Shown one piece after another: positions 11,903 through 25,484 of a stretch of DNA of 64,000 bases. Numbering within the stretch: the stretch's first letter is position 1; each line of letters begins with the position of its first letter. The notes under the pieces are model-generated. The model was not told the origin of the DNA. It worked only from the letters and a program-made list of their open reading frames with translations, and ran no database searches. Position numbers and translations under genes: made by a program. Origin of the DNA: Hydrolagus affinis (lineage: Eukaryota); assembly GCA_012026655.1 (NCBI GenBank), contig JAAILG010000360.1, forward strand, positions 1-64,000, written 5' to 3'.

Positions 11903-13536
11903 TAGTAAAGTTCATCCAAACTGGTTTTAGACAATTGTATCTAGGAGCTCAGCTAAACCTATTGTTTGTTACTGTATTATTAAGCACAGACAAGTCTCTA
12001 TATGTAAAATCTCTGCACAAATGATTTTTTAAATAAATGTTAATTAACTTCATCATTCTTATCAGCTCGTACAAAGCAAGAGTAGCATGGAACTTGAGAG
12101 TGCAAACTGTAAAATGGTATCAAACTTCCATTTTGATCTATGATTTTCAACTAAATAGAAGCATCAGAACAGAAAAATAACTTTGAAACCAGAGCTTCAG
12201 GAAACAACTAAAACCTTTTAGGTAGTGTACATCAGATGCCTGGTTTATACTGCATACCGGTAAGCGTTTTTCGTGGAATTTGCCAAAAGCATGGCAACTT
12301 GCCACCAAATGTGCAAAATAAACAGATTGACTTTAGGACTAGTTTGCCGTACTATACAAATGTGCATTTGGTCCAAATAAATCTTACAATAGCATACAGT
12401 ATACACACTAAACTAACTGGAAGCTCACTCTTGAAACTGCCTGTAAGAGATGATTTAAATACAGAGCAAATCACACCCAAGTGGTTTAAACCCAGGAAGT
12501 GTTAATCATACTCAGCTCACCTTTTCTAAAGCTGGACTTTGTGGGAATTTTCAATGCACTGAATTAATTTAGAGTTTACTGTCTCTTTCATAATGGTTTT
12601 TAAAATTGCATATTTTTGTGGCTCTATAGAATATTCAATTTAGCTAAGCCATCTCCCAATTGTCTCCCACTATTACTAGACTCAACAATAGGTAGAATTT
12701 TTTTCCCACTGACTGCAGAGAAAGTCTTTGTTTTGCAGAACTTCAATAAATGTACTTAGCATTGGCAACATTATTTTATTATTGTTTAGGCTTCTTGAGA
12801 TACAGTGTATATTTTTAAAGCCATTCCTCAGATCAGTGGCTGAAAAAAGTTTCTCAATGTTGGAGGAAACCTATTTTCTAAATGATAAAATACAAATGTG
12901 AAAGCAGAACCAGACTTTTCTTATATCGCATTTATTTTGTACTGATTTACCCATTGGAATATGAATAAATAATATATCAAAATTAATTTAGCACTGATAA
13001 AAGTGTTTATTGTATTACAACTAACTTTTTTTTGCAGTACATCAAACTATTCTCTCATAGTAAGGGGTTTCATACTGCACATTTGGCACCAAATTGCCTT
13101 GGATTGGCAGCATTCAACAGCAAAACATAGTATGTAAATAGAGGCTTCATCAGTGAGAATTGGAGCTGTAGCATGCTCCTGACTCCACTCAATCCAAATA
13201 AATAAGGCCAAAAAGAATCACACCTGACTTGGTTGAGCACAGTTAGTTAAAATGGACCCAACCATTGAATTGACCAAATGTGCAAACACCTATTGAACAA
13301 TATTGCAAAAAACCTGTCGGTGTTTTAGTGTGAATGCAAAACACGAAAATGGGAGAATATTACAGATCAATGCAATGTGGAGCAAAAAGTATGTGTCTGA
13401 AGAAGTTTCAAAAGTAAATTTTGGTTTGAGCACTCTCAGCACACAAATTTTTTATTTGATAGCAGATAGTCTGTTTAACCAAATTTAGATAGATAAATGA
13501 ATGAAGACCTGATAAATGGACTCCACAAAGAAAATG

Positions 13537-13894
13537 TGGAGTTCTGCAGTGTATCAGTCAGAGCACTCGCCAAACAAGAGGATCCAAATTTGATTCCCAG
13601 GCTGGGTTAAGCATTAGACAAGTTTCCTTATTCTACACACCACTGATTACCTAACAAGAAATAGGAACCCAGATGTTAGTCGATTAGCAGATTGCTAATC
13701 CGTTCCAAAAAATGAAAATAATAATAATTTGATCACTCATTCCACAGCTATTGTGGGACACTGCTATGTGCAATTGGATGCTGCGTTTCACCCTCAAAAT
13801 ATACAGCTAGTTTACTTTACAGTATATTCTCTGAAGTGCTTTGAGACTTCTTGGAAACCTGATAAGGCACTATATCAAATCCAAGGATTATTAT
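13537..13894 (+). mobile_element. DeuSINE-like tRNA SINE
   Basis: Head, Deu core and tail, as in the other copies. Confidence 0.8.
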
Positions 13895-14789
13895 AAGTAA
13901 TGTCATAGTTGCATAATTAAATTTCTAAAACGTGTAGTGAAATGCTAACCTTTATATAGAAGACCTATAATGGGTGATCCGTTCCAGCGTACCTGACTGG
14001 CTATTCAAGTTATTACAGTAGCTTTGGTTTAAAACCAATCTCTCGAAGTCTAGAATTTCAGGCTGTGTATCAGAAAAAGCTAGTAACATATTCTTTGGAA
14101 AAAGTTCAGCGATTTAGATAGCAGTACCCAGAATGGATTTCACACATTTTGTTTCCAGTAAAAATGTGACTAAGGCCAATTTTCAATGTGATGCATGCTG
14201 CTTAAGTTAGGAGGTTATCAACCAAGAAGTTTTCAATAAAGCATCTGCTTTTCAACTATAATCAGCATATCAAAGTGAAGAGGATGGTTTCCCATCAGCT
14301 CAGCAAATATTTTATTCCAATTGGAATGGGATTGGCAAGTTCTGTTCCTACAAGCGCCAGTTGGAAATAAATCCTTTTTTATGTTCTGGATCTAAGAAAG
14401 TAAGCAAATCTTACTGAGCCACACAAAATGTGATGTTATGCTTTGCCTAACAAAATCAGGATAATCAAATAATTTATCTGAAAATTCTGTTATAAGATTT
14501 AGGGATTTAAAAGCTGATTTTGAAATATCAGTATTGAATATAGTGCTGAACATCTGTAAACTGCTTTGGAATGTTCTCCTGTGTGAAAGGTGCTATGTAT
14601 AAGTGTAAATTGATGTTGCACAATAAAACAAAATTCAAAGCAAGTGATGGAGCATATTCCATCTCTTTCTGTTTTTTTAAAAAAGGAATTGTTTTTAAAG
14701 TCAAGAAAGATTATTGGATATGAAAAATAGTATTTAATGATCATAATTATGATTCAGTACTTTACTGCACATTGTGTGTGTGTTGGTTC

Positions 14790-15075
14790 TTTGGAAGAGT
14801 TCCAGAGGTTGGGGGCAGAGTGGCCGAAGGCTTGCCCGCCAATGTTTGGGGCGCATGGGTCGGAGGACGTGGAGCAGGCTGGAACCTGCTGAGTGGAGGT
14901 GGTGGGCAGGTTGGTAGGGGGTTAAGAGGTCGCAGATGTAGGGTGGGGCAAGGCCATGGAAGGCTTTGAATGTGAGGACCAGGATCTTGAATTGGATCCT
15001 CTGGGTGATGGGGAGCCAATGGAGTCGGGCGAGGATGGGGAAATGGGGTCAGGGAGTTGGAGCGGTAGAGGACAC
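14790..15075 (-). mobile_element. L2-clade LINE ORF2 3' fragment
   Basis: Minus strand reads ..LARLHWLPITQRIQFKILVLTFKAFHGLAPPY.., the L2 ORF2 C-terminal motif. Confidence 0.8.
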
Positions 15076-15627
15076 GGCCACTGATTCTGCCAGGGCATTC
15101 CACATCTTAACCCTCTGTAAAAAAAAAGGTCCTCTTTATATTAGTGTGTATTTCCTTTATTGTTTCATAAATCTGGTGCTGAAAAGTTATGGAAAAAATA
15201 AATAACAATTTGTCTCATTGTTATGCTTATGTATTCTGATAAATCAATGGCTGTAGTTCTCTCCTGTACAATCAAACTATCTTGCAAACAAGAAAAGGTA
15301 TTTTGATTGTTCAATGTTTTGTCCAATGAAGTGGACTCTGAAATTTGAATTACTTGGAGAAAGCAAGTTCTGTTAGTTTAAATACATGTAGAATGACTGA
15401 GTTGGTATGATTATAAGAACAAATTTAGATTGTTAGGGCTTTTGTGACAACAGATTCTGCAAGTTGTGATAAGAGCCCAGAAATATTTTTCAGAAATATC
15501 ACTAAAAATTAGCTAAGTATTCAAGGGTAAATTGGCCTATCTACATCTCCAAGAAGCCAGAACCTAGTTGAATGTGATTGAAAAGCATAAGTAATTCTGA
15601 TATTTAGAAAGTAGTCACACTAGGTTA

Positions 15628-15992
15628 TGGAGTCCTGTAGCCTCGTGGTTAGAGCTCTCACCTCACAAGTGAGAAGACCTGGGTTCGATTCTCAGGCAGG
15701 ACAAAATGTTGGGCAAGTTTCCTTACTCCACACGCCTCAATTTGCTCAGTGGTAAGTAGGAACTCGGTTGTTAGTCGATTGGCGGATGGCTTTTCCGGGA
15801 GTAATAATCCCTCCAAAAAAAAGTAATAATAATGGTTTGGTCACTCAATCCACAACTGTTTGTGGGACACTGCTGTGCACAATTAGTTCCACCCCAAAAA
15901 TATACAGTCAATTCACTTCACAACTGTCAAGCTCTTTGAAATGTCTCGAAGACATGATAAGGCGCTATATCAAGTGCAAGGAATATTATTAT
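15628..15992 (+). mobile_element. DeuSINE-like tRNA SINE, near full length
   Basis: GGAGTCCTGTAGC..TGGTTAGAG (A box)..GGTTCGATTC (B box), Deu core, tail GGCGCTATATCAAGTGCAAG(ATT)n. Confidence 0.85.
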
Positions 15993-18779
15993 TTGGTGTG
16001 GTTGATGAGTTTATAAAGTACTTATTTGAGAAGTTATTGTCTCAGAAATTATGCCACATATCCTTGATAGTTTGAGCATAGTAAGGTGAAGTTTATCCAT
16101 GCTATTCAAGCCATTTATTGCCCAATAAATGCCCTGCAGAAACCTGATGAAAATCTTTGATTTGGCACCAGTAAAAGAGAATGGTAAGGATATGTCTAGT
16201 ATCACTGCCTGTTTCCTGTCTGCAATGGAAGAAAATTCAGTGGCTTCTTGTACAGCATCAAGGTTAATGAAAGGTTCGCTCTATTTGAATTTTCTGTGCA
16301 ATCTATGGCTTCTTCATGGGATCCTAAATTGAGTATTAAACAAGCTACTGTTACATCTGGGCACATGGCCACATTGTACTAGTATATATTTATCCTGGAA
16401 GGCAGATTTTCTGATGGCAAACATAACTGGAAGGAGGGTGAGTAAACTAAAAGCATTACTCATTGATGTTTCTTCCAAACTGTTTGAAAGAGGGCAGAAT
16501 GAATACATATTTCATAGTTAACTGACAGTACAATCTTTGCAATCATAAATTCAATCTCATATCTAGAGAGAAGAGTATGTTCATGATTATTTATAGGTTC
16601 AAAAATCATCTATCATTGCCCGTGATTATATATTCCTGGATTACTTTCACTGGTTTTCTGAAGAACAGGCATTTTAGGTGATTACACATTTGAATTGAAG
16701 TCTTTGTTAGCCAAAATTAATATACTTTCACCAAGAAGTATACCTTTCAAATGATGCATGTCTGCCATCGGTATATTGAAAGGGGAAACGGAGGACAATC
16801 TTACCTTTTAAAAGTTGACTTTCATTTGATAAACATCGAGATGCTAATACCATAGAAACTGAACAAAAATGAGAAAAAGATTTCAGGTTAAATGTGTTAA
16901 GCAAGAAAAGGAATAGGATAATATTTTAAATTTATCACAGACCACAGCTAGGCCAAATTAAGGATAACTTGTCACTTGATGGCAATAATAGTGAGTGAGA
17001 GGAAGGTGGTATTTGAAACAGCCCAAGATAAACTAGGAATGCCCTTGTGGGAAGGACTCTGAACTCGTCGGTGTCTTGCATGGCTGCTCCTTGACTCGCA
17101 TTCGCCAAACAGTCTCAAAGAGCATCTCTTGTTGCACGGATCTTGTGACTGACCCAAATACTTATTATTCAGGAAGTAGAAGCTGAGCCATTAGATATTT
17201 GCAACCATAATGGGATGACAAAGGAAAATTTGCAGAGAGGGGAGAGGATGACTGTTGGGCTAAGTTGAAAACTGAACAGAACTTAGATAAGGAAGGTGTA
17301 GCTACCACATAAGAAGTGAGAAAGAACATGGCAGTGGGAACGTAATGAGGGAGGAAGCTAATACCCAAATGATCAAAAGAGAGTTAAAAATAAGAATGAA
17401 TGAGGGATAGTAAACATATTGAATGACTACTTCTTGGAGCTCGTATTTTGACTGGGGAAGGTCAACTGTTCTGTCCAACATCTAACGTACATCTTTTTGC
17501 ACAGATATAACATAGTGTTCACCCTTCAGTATCTAGGTGCTTTGTAGGTGGTAACTATATGGAGGAAGGTACACCACAACTGAGAGACTTCAATTTTGTT
17601 TTTAATGCTGTTGTATCCTAAACTGTTTTAATTCCAGCTACGTTAAGAAATAAGTAAATCCATTTTGGGTAGAAAAACAGAATTATGCATAATTGTGTTG
17701 GAGATAAGAATAAATACTACAAATCTGTTATGTGACTTTCCACACAGATTTTGTACAAATCTTTGGTTGTTTCATATGTATTGGTGTGTCACTAATACTT
17801 TTGTTCTGTCTTACAGATGTCTGAAGACAAAGAAAAGGGTTTTAGGTCTAAGTGAACCACCAGATTCAAATGTGCCATTTTTAATAGTAGCCTTTACAGG
17901 TGTAAAATGTCAGAGCATCAACAGTAAATGTTCTGAGCAGCAATTAAATATTTGGGGGCAAAAGTAAATAATCATCCAAGATGTTTTAATCATTTTTGAT
18001 GAAGTTGTAAGGGCCTCCAGGGACAATGTTCACTACATTTCTTTGGAATTCAAAATTGGTTATAGAGTTTGATTACTAAATGGACACACTAAGAGCATAA
18101 ACCTGCTGAAGATCTTTTTCCAATTATAGCAGGTGCCTATTCTGTATAAATGCTATCTAATTTGGACCAATCAAGCTGATTTTCTTCAATACATTTCTTT
18201 TTTTTTCAAACATATCCACTACCCTGATTGAAACGATCTGACGTAAACTAAGAAGTTATGTAAAAGTTTCCATTGACACACCTGACAAAGACACTGAGTT
18301 GTGCCACTGAGTAGATCACAACTTTCAACCAGAACAAATCAAAAGTACTTATTGACAGATAGAACATATAATTTGCTTTGACACATCACCAGTCATCTCA
18401 TCAACCTTTCTCGGGAAAACACAATTTCATCTACCATTGTTTTATTTTGTGTTGAATTCTGCATGTATTTGCTTAAAATACCATCTAAATTTTTGTTAGG
18501 CACACCAACTGTAGCATCACAAACCAAGCACACTGGTTTTGAAGCTTTCTCTTAGGTAAACAAGAACTGTTCTTCCCAAAATGGATCAAACTTTCTCCAC
18601 GCAATGTCCTCTTCACATTTTCTTTTTGACGTTGGTTTAATAAGCGACATGTTTGAGGGTAAAAATTAAACACTTGCAAGATCAAAGAATTAAGCTTTAT
18701 TCACACAATTGACTCAAAGGCTTCAGCTCACAGATTGGCATTGACCTTGTTAGTGTTTGGAGTGCCATAACACTGCCAT

Positions 18780-19306
18780 GTCCCCGGTCTCCCCTCCACC
18801 ACAAACTATAAAATCCAACTCATTCAAAACTCTGCTGCCCACATACTCACCTGCACCAAACTTCGTTCCCCCATTACCCCAGTCCCTGCCAGACTTCACT
18901 GGCTCCCTATCCAAGAGAGGATCGACTTCAAGATCGTTGTCTTCAAATCCCTCCACTCCTCTGCACCCCCCTACCTCTCTGACCTCTCTCCTCAAACCAG
19001 CTCCCATTGCCTTCACTACACTGGGTCTGGCCTCCTCCATGTCCCCCGAATCCTCCACTCCACCCTTGGCGGCCGTGCCTTCAGCCTCTATGCCGCGAAG
19101 CTCTGGAATTCCCTTCCTTACTACCTTCGCCTCGCCCCCTCTTCTCAGCTTCAGGTCCCAGCTGAAGACCTTTCTCTTCGACCGCGCCTTTGGTCACCTT
19201 TCTACCCCTGCCCCTGGCTCGGTCCCAGAATCCGCTATTGTGAAGCGCTCTGAGACGCTGTCCAGCGTGGAGGGCGCTATATAAATTGAATCAATTGTTG
19301 TTGTTG
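18780..19306 (+). mobile_element. L2-clade LINE 3' end
   Basis: Frame reads KIQLIQNSAAHILT..PITPV..RLHWLPIQERIDFKI; 3' tail ..GGCGCTATATAAAT..(GTT)n. Confidence 0.85.
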
Positions 19307-21699
19307 AGTGAGGTGCAGCTATAACATCCCTTCAGCGCAGGATGCACTCATTGTTACTGTTATTGGAATTTTTTTAATGTTTTGAGTGCCACTACCAAGA
19401 GTTTGCTGTGGTTGGCCCCACTGGCATAGAAGATCTTGACTTATTGCTGAGCCCTAGAGGTCTGCAATTCCCTCTGAAATTAGTCTTTTAGGTAGGTTTG
19501 TCTTAAAACTTAACACTGCCATATTTTTGCAAATCCTTAAATTAGGCATAATATAGAAGCTGTTTTTGTTCAATTTGTTTAAGACAAAACGTTTCAACAA
19601 TTCTGTGAGTGACGGGTATCTAATTAGGACAGATTAGCACCGTTGAATATTAGCCTTTGTTTTGTACCATTTGCCAATTTTTTAATCAATGTATACTTCC
19701 TCTTTTGTCCCCAGGGATTTCATATTATTTTGAGGCATTTCATCAAATGCCTTCAGAAAAACAAAACTTACATTCTATCCTACCCCAAAATTTCCAACTT
19801 GACTGTTTTTACTCTTGTTGATTATGCTTGATTTGCATCCTTTGTGGGTGGACTCCCTAAATTTTTCTCTCTGTGGATGTCAAATTAACAGGCCTACCGG
19901 TTCCCAAGATTATGTTGTTGACCTTTTTTTAAAAAAAAAAAGTTAGTTTTGCAGTTTTCTGCACCACTATATATTTAATGAGCTGTGAAAAATGTTAGGC
20001 ATGAAGCGCTTAACTTATTCTCGTTTCCCAAAGCATTCTTGGATGCATTCCATCAGCTTCTGATGTTTTATAAAAGCTCTAGTGCTGTGTTTTTAATGAT
20101 TATTTCATTAATAATCTTTATTTCACCATGAAAGCAGATTTTCTCCAGTTCCTCTAGTTAGTTTATGCCATCATTTTCTATAATGAAAATTTATTAAAAA
20201 TGCAACATGCTTCAACATGCAGTATGTTTCACTTTTCTCCAGCATTATGTTTTGGGTTTTGCACCTTAGCATTTCTGTTAGAAGTGGCGATTACTACCTC
20301 TTAATTTTAGGCAAACTTCCAAAGGTTTATCAGCTATTGAAAACAAAATCCTAATCTGTTCTTTAATGTATTTTCACCTATGTATTACTGTCATTATCAC
20401 ATTAACTAATCACCTTCCAGAAGTTAACAGGTTTTCTGAGTATAAATCCATAATAAATTTCATTTTACCCAGCAAATGTAGTTATTCAATTTTATTCCCT
20501 CATTAAGGTCATATGTAAAGCTTATAAATAATATGTGCTCCCAGGTCTATTCTCTGTGGGGAGCCAATTAGTAAATCTGTTGAGTTTGAATAATGCCTAT
20601 TATAATTACCATTTATTTTCTGTTGTTAAGGCACATTTAAATCCATTTTGAGGCTGTCTTATCCCTTGCACATTTGGCCATCATCTTTGCACCAACTCAT
20701 CTTTGAGGAACTGTATCATAATGTTTCTGCAGCCACATCCTGCTATTATGCAGCCCCCTCATTCCTAAATCCATTTAAACATTTCAATTATTGACTTAAA
20801 TCTTCATAAATGATGCAGATTGTGTCCATTGAAAGTAACTGCAGATGTACTATTTTCCTGGAGCATTGATTTCCTGTGAGCAAGTTGATTTCTACCAAGA
20901 TAAATTTTCTAAGATTATTTACTGTTTCTGGTTTTGTTGGATTCCCAGTATCCTGATCAACAATAACCTGAATAAAATATGTTATTCATTTCAAGGCTGC
21001 TTGGGGTTTGTGGGACATTGCAAAATGCCTTTTGTGTTCACCCTCAAGATACAGTCACTGCACTTTGCAGTATATTTTATATACCAAATCTAAGCATTTT
21101 TAATAAAGCTTTAGGTTGGTTCTTGAAGTCGCTCCTAGATTCATGTTTGAAGTTGAGATTAATTTATGTTTATATGAAAAACCAGTATAATACTATCCTA
21201 GCCCGTCCCTTTTGACTATTAATTATTGGAAGATTAGTCTACTTGTAAAATTAGACTCCTGGTTAATAACGGACGACTACACCTACCCAAAGGACACAAG
21301 TATAAAACCACAGATTTTGTTTCTGTAATGACTGGATCTTGTTGTTCAGACACATTTTGTTTCCCTATGAAACACCTTTGTGTTCGCACCTACCCACAAT
21401 TTATACAAGAATCGTTATTTGCTACACCGTTCACTCCCATGGAGTCAAAACAATTGATCGCATAAATGGTTGTGTAAGAAAATATTTTGTGAAATAAACC
21501 ATTTCGCCCACTTCATTTAAATAGTGGAAGGAGACATTCCTTCCATTTCTATTCAAAAGTTCAATTTGAAATCACATTTATTTCACGGGGTGTAGCGCGA
21601 AAACGTCATTACATTTTACAGGACAAAATACAGCAAATCTGAAATAAAACCCTGAATCTTTTTATTTGTTCAGGATTACAGCCTGTAATAGGGATAGAA

Positions 21700-21815
21700 T
21701 TAATACAATAATGGACATAAATTGAAGTCTAAATACTGTATGTGAAAGGTCACTTCAGGTAGTGTCTTTTTCATTGAACCCATTTTATCGGAGAAAGCGG
21801 TTGATGTCTCTACTC
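21700..21815 (+). pseudogene. Possible remnant of opsin (OPN6-like) exon 1
   Basis: Frames give LQVVSF and, after a shift, EPILSEKA, reminiscent of the OPN6 N-terminus (LQVV..DPPLS.QG, from recall). Heavily decayed. Confidence 0.25.
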
Positions 21816-22229
21816 GAGTGACATTTCCACAGACACAGTTTGTAGTGTATGAATTTTACAAATGGATTTCAGTTTCTCAATAACCAGCTTTCCAAAAAAT
21901 TTGGACCAAATACAGGGTTGAGTTTAATTGCGAAGAAACCAAACATAATATTTCAGAAGCAGATTCCAGAAACAATGTTTTTGTAGGAAAATAAGTTGCA
22001 GGATTTGTATGTATAGCTGGGATGTGTTGAGTCTACTGTGGCCAGTTAGGAGGGATACGTTCATTTCTTATGTGTAGTTCTTGGCCCTGTTGTGTGGTCA
22101 ACACTGAATTAATAATGGAAAGGAAATGGAAATGCTCACTAATGAAAATATATATTTCAGAGCATTGACTACCATGGGTGCACTTAACTAAATTATAGAA
22201 TTGTTTAATTCAGAACAACAGTAACAACA

Positions 22230-22420
22230 ACCAAATTACATTTGTATAGCGCCTTTCACATTGGGAGGACCTCCCAAGGCAATGTACAGACAGTATTTCG
22301 GACCCGAGCTTGGAGTAGGAATTCGAGAGGGTGGAGGGCAGAGGGGGAAAGAGGTTGTTCGAAAGTACTGTCGAAGAGGGGGGCCTTGAGGTGGGTCAAA
22401 AAGTGTTGGTCTAAATTGAG
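22230..22420 (-). mobile_element. L2-type LINE 3' tail fragment
   Basis: (CAA)n tail and TAGCGCCTTTCAC..GGGAGGAC..CCCAAGGC, same tail as other L2 copies. Confidence 0.65.
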
Positions 22421-22439
22421 GACCTGAAACCATGTGATG

Positions 22440-22731
22440 ATGATAATAATAATAATCCTTGCATTTGATGTCGCACTTTACACCTTTTCTAGACATCTCA
22501 AAGCACTTCACAGAATATACTGTGATGTGAATTCACTGTATATTTGTGAGCAGAAAGCGGCAGCCAATTGTGCACAGCAGTGTCCACAAACAGTCATGAA
22601 AACTGTCCAATTTATTATTTTTTCTTTTTGAAGGGATTATTATCAGGTGTGTGGAGCAAGGAAACTTGCCCAACATTTTGCCCTGCCTGGAATTGAACCG
22701 AGGACCCCAACCACTGAGCTACAGGACTCCA
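22440..22731 (-). mobile_element. DeuSINE-like tRNA SINE
   Basis: Full head-core-tail on the minus strand. Confidence 0.8.
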
Positions 22732-23675
22732 CAATTAATATCAAAACCTTGTAGTCAGGCAGCAAAACAGTAACTTGGGATGAACAGAATAAGATTCTCT
22801 TCAAACTGTGAAGGATTTGGTTTGAATGCTGCTGTTTGTAGCCTGGGCCCTTGTCTCTTATCTCAATTTTGTCATTTTGCCATCATCATTACATCAGTTT
22901 AAAAAATGAGAAATGATTGTATTCAGAAAATATTTCGCCCACAACGTACACATCAATCCACTTTGAAGCGCCTTGAGGCATCTCAATGATGTGATGAAGC
23001 GCTATATCAAACGCAAGGATTTTCCCCTTGCCATCTTTCCCCCCTTTTCCCCTTAATCCCACTTCTATGATTCTTTGTGGGACACTGCTGTGTGCAATTT
23101 GGCTGCTGCGTTTCACCCACAAATATACAGTAAATTTTCCTACTCTTCTTCATCCTGTCCCAACCCCTCCCCCCTGCTCTTGTCCCTACCTAACCGTACA
23201 GCACCTTGGGACATCCTCTCGACGTGAAAGGCACTACATAAATGTAAGTTTTCATTGATTCATTGATTATGATTGTTATCCAAAACATACTTTTAACAGT
23301 ATGAAATTCAGTAATGTGCTTTCTGTTTCTTTTTTCACAAAGTGTTAAGTTACGTTAATTTTTTTTAAAAACATTAAAAACTTGGAAAACCATCTAAAGT
23401 ATTTAATCACATCCAAGAACAATATATATCTGGCACATTAGATAGTACTGAGCAGTGAAACTAATTGATACTGTCAGTCCAATTGTCACAATGAAATGCT
23501 TGTGTTCTTAACTGCAGCTGTAAAATAAAAAAAAGACATTATGAGGAAAACATTTGCAACTGACACCTGCAGTGTATTTTGAGATCAAACTACTTTTTTC
23601 TTGGAAAAATAATATATTAGGCAATAAATGTAAAAAAAAATTATCCGGTCTGGTAATTTTCTGGTTTCGTTTCAG

Positions 23676-23815
23676 GATGTCTGTCTTAGATTGTGATTGT
23701 GATAGAAGCTTCAGGAGGCAAAATTAACTGGATTTATTTCAATATCTGTAGCACCAAATGCTATATTGTATCTATTTTATTCAGCCTGGCTTTAATCAAA
23801 ATAATCTACAAACAA
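23676..23815 (+). pseudogene. Possible remnant of opsin TM1-TM2 exon
   Basis: Strong acceptor (ttttctggtttcgtttcag), then phase-1 (G)CLS*IV, each change one base from the GWLSWFG that opens this exon in OPN6 (from recall). The rest is poorly alignable by eye. Confidence 0.3.
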
Positions 23816-23894
23816 ATCTCAACCACTCAGCTCTACGAGACAAATTCTGAATAACTGGAGGGACCCCGACAGCAAATCATAATGTCCTAATTAT

Positions 23895-24015
23895 ACAACC
23901 TGTGAGGTTATGGGGAGAGAGCGGGGCAGTGGGATTGAGTTGCTCTTTCAAAGAGCCGGCACAAACTAGATGAGCCGAATGGCCTCCTTTTGTGCCGTAA
24001 AATTCTATGATTCTA
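23895..24015 (+). mobile_element. CR1 LINE 3' end
   Basis: GGTTATGGGGAGAGAGCGGGGCAGTGG..GATGAGCCGAATGGCCTCCT..TTCTATGATTCT, the CR1 3' terminus with its repeat. Confidence 0.8.
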
Positions 24016-24630
24016 AGACTGTTGAGCTCCCTACTGTTGTCACATTGATTGTTCCTGTGGATTAACAGTTCAAAATCCGTCAGGATTGGCCTCGAAAGAT
24101 TACAACACTCTCAAGGAGGTGGCTGTGCAAAAGGAAAGTATAAAGGAGATCCAACAGCAATAGGCAAGAGGATTTTTGGACTAGAGCTTGAGAGTCTTCA
24201 GGGTTTGCAGTTTATATAGTAACACAGCAGACCTATGCCATTACTCAGTAAGCAGCATTTATGCACATTAGCTGTAGAATAGAGATGCTGCAAGAGCTGA
24301 GCCTTTTATATCCCTATATTGACATGAAAGCGAAAAGAAGTAGAAGTTCTCAATCCTTTGTGATGCAAATCTGTTCACACATCAGTGAGAGTTGATGGAA
24401 ATTACATAATTTTTTTCAATATATTGCCCATTGGAAAGGATTAATGTGACTACATAGGAATATTAAAAGGTTTCTGTTTCCATATACTGTATCATGGAAA
24501 AGAACCTGAATGAAGCATTGTTTGAAGTTTGGCATTTCTCTCACTGGTATCCTGGAATTGGTAGCAAAATTCTTTGGATAAAAGTATTTGGATTGTATCC
24601 TATGGACTGACCAGATTCTGTGTCTTTCAG

Positions 24631-24940
24631 ATGGATGGGTTTCCTGGCTCTGCTCTTCTGCCTGATCAGCATCAACACTTTGACAGCCATCAGTATCAAC
24701 AGATTTTTTGCACTCAGCGAGTTGTTCGGATCTGGACTGCGTTGCCTGAAAGGGTGGTGGGAGCCAATTCAATAAAAAGTATTAAGAGAGAAGATAGTTA
24801 TTTGGGGAAGACAGGTTTGTAGGGCTATGGAAGAGTGAGGGAGAGTGGGATTAATTTAGATAGCTCATTTTCACAGACATGATGGGCCGAATGGCCTCCT
24901 TTTGTGTTGTATGATTCTCTTGGCTTTGAGCCACACCAAA
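24631..24940 (+). pseudogene. OPN6-like opsin pseudo-exon (TM3), frameshifted and split by CR1
   Basis: tctttcag| then, removing one T from TTTC, MDGFLALLFCLISINTLTAISINRFF (24631-24709). After the CR1 it resumes GFEPHQ-A|gtaagc (24922-24940). Compare OPN6 VDGFFTLVFGLSSINTLTVISITRFIKGCHPHKA (from recall). Confidence 0.85.
24704..24918 (+). mobile_element. 5'-truncated CR1 3' end inserted in the opsin TM3 exon
   Basis: TQRVVRIWTALPERVVGANSI (CR1 ORF2 C-terminus), then GATGGGCCGAATGGCCTCCT..TATGATTCT. Confidence 0.85.
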
Positions 24941-25484
24941 GTAAGCCAGCTGTGCCCTTACTTAATAGCTTATTAATTAATACTGTAATGTCAACACCAG
25001 CGTCTGGGTCAAAATACTGCACAATAACATTCAGTGACTTTTATTAAAAATAATGAGTCAGAGCTAGTTCCAAGGTGATGTTTGAAGTAACTGGAAGAAC
25101 ATTCCAGATTAAAGAGATTTAAAACCGTAAATACATTTTGGGGAAAACTTGTTTTTTAAGAAAATCTAATTTAGAGCATATATTCTGAAACATCCAACAA
25201 AATATTTAAGTGCCCTAGATTCCAAACAGTGATTTTACCAAGAAATTTACATTATTAGAAGCTTAGTAAATGGAATTAAAATATTACAATTAAAGTCTAG
25301 GGGACAAAATAATAAATAGAAACCACCCAAAACAGTTTGCTGCTTGGTGAATATAAGTGGAGATATGACTGAACTCAGCCCTTGAAAATGCCAAACATCA
25401 ATTGCCCTATAACAGATATTGGTTTACAATCCAAGTCTATTATAAACCTAACTGATGAGATGATACATTCTTGCCTTTCTGCAG

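Noticed and set aside
15628-15705. tRNA-like sequences (also at ~7020-7087, 29512, 32573, 59905)
   Set aside because: They lack a proper acceptor stem and run straight into the SINE core, so they are SINE heads, not tRNA genes.
17817-17900. Exon-like segment after a good acceptor (ttacag|ATGTCTGAAG..)
   Set aside because: Early stop in the ATG frame and no recognisable homology to SCFD1 or opsin.
18750-19284. 175-aa and 102-aa ORFs
   Set aside because: Off-frame and antisense readings of an L2 LINE fragment.
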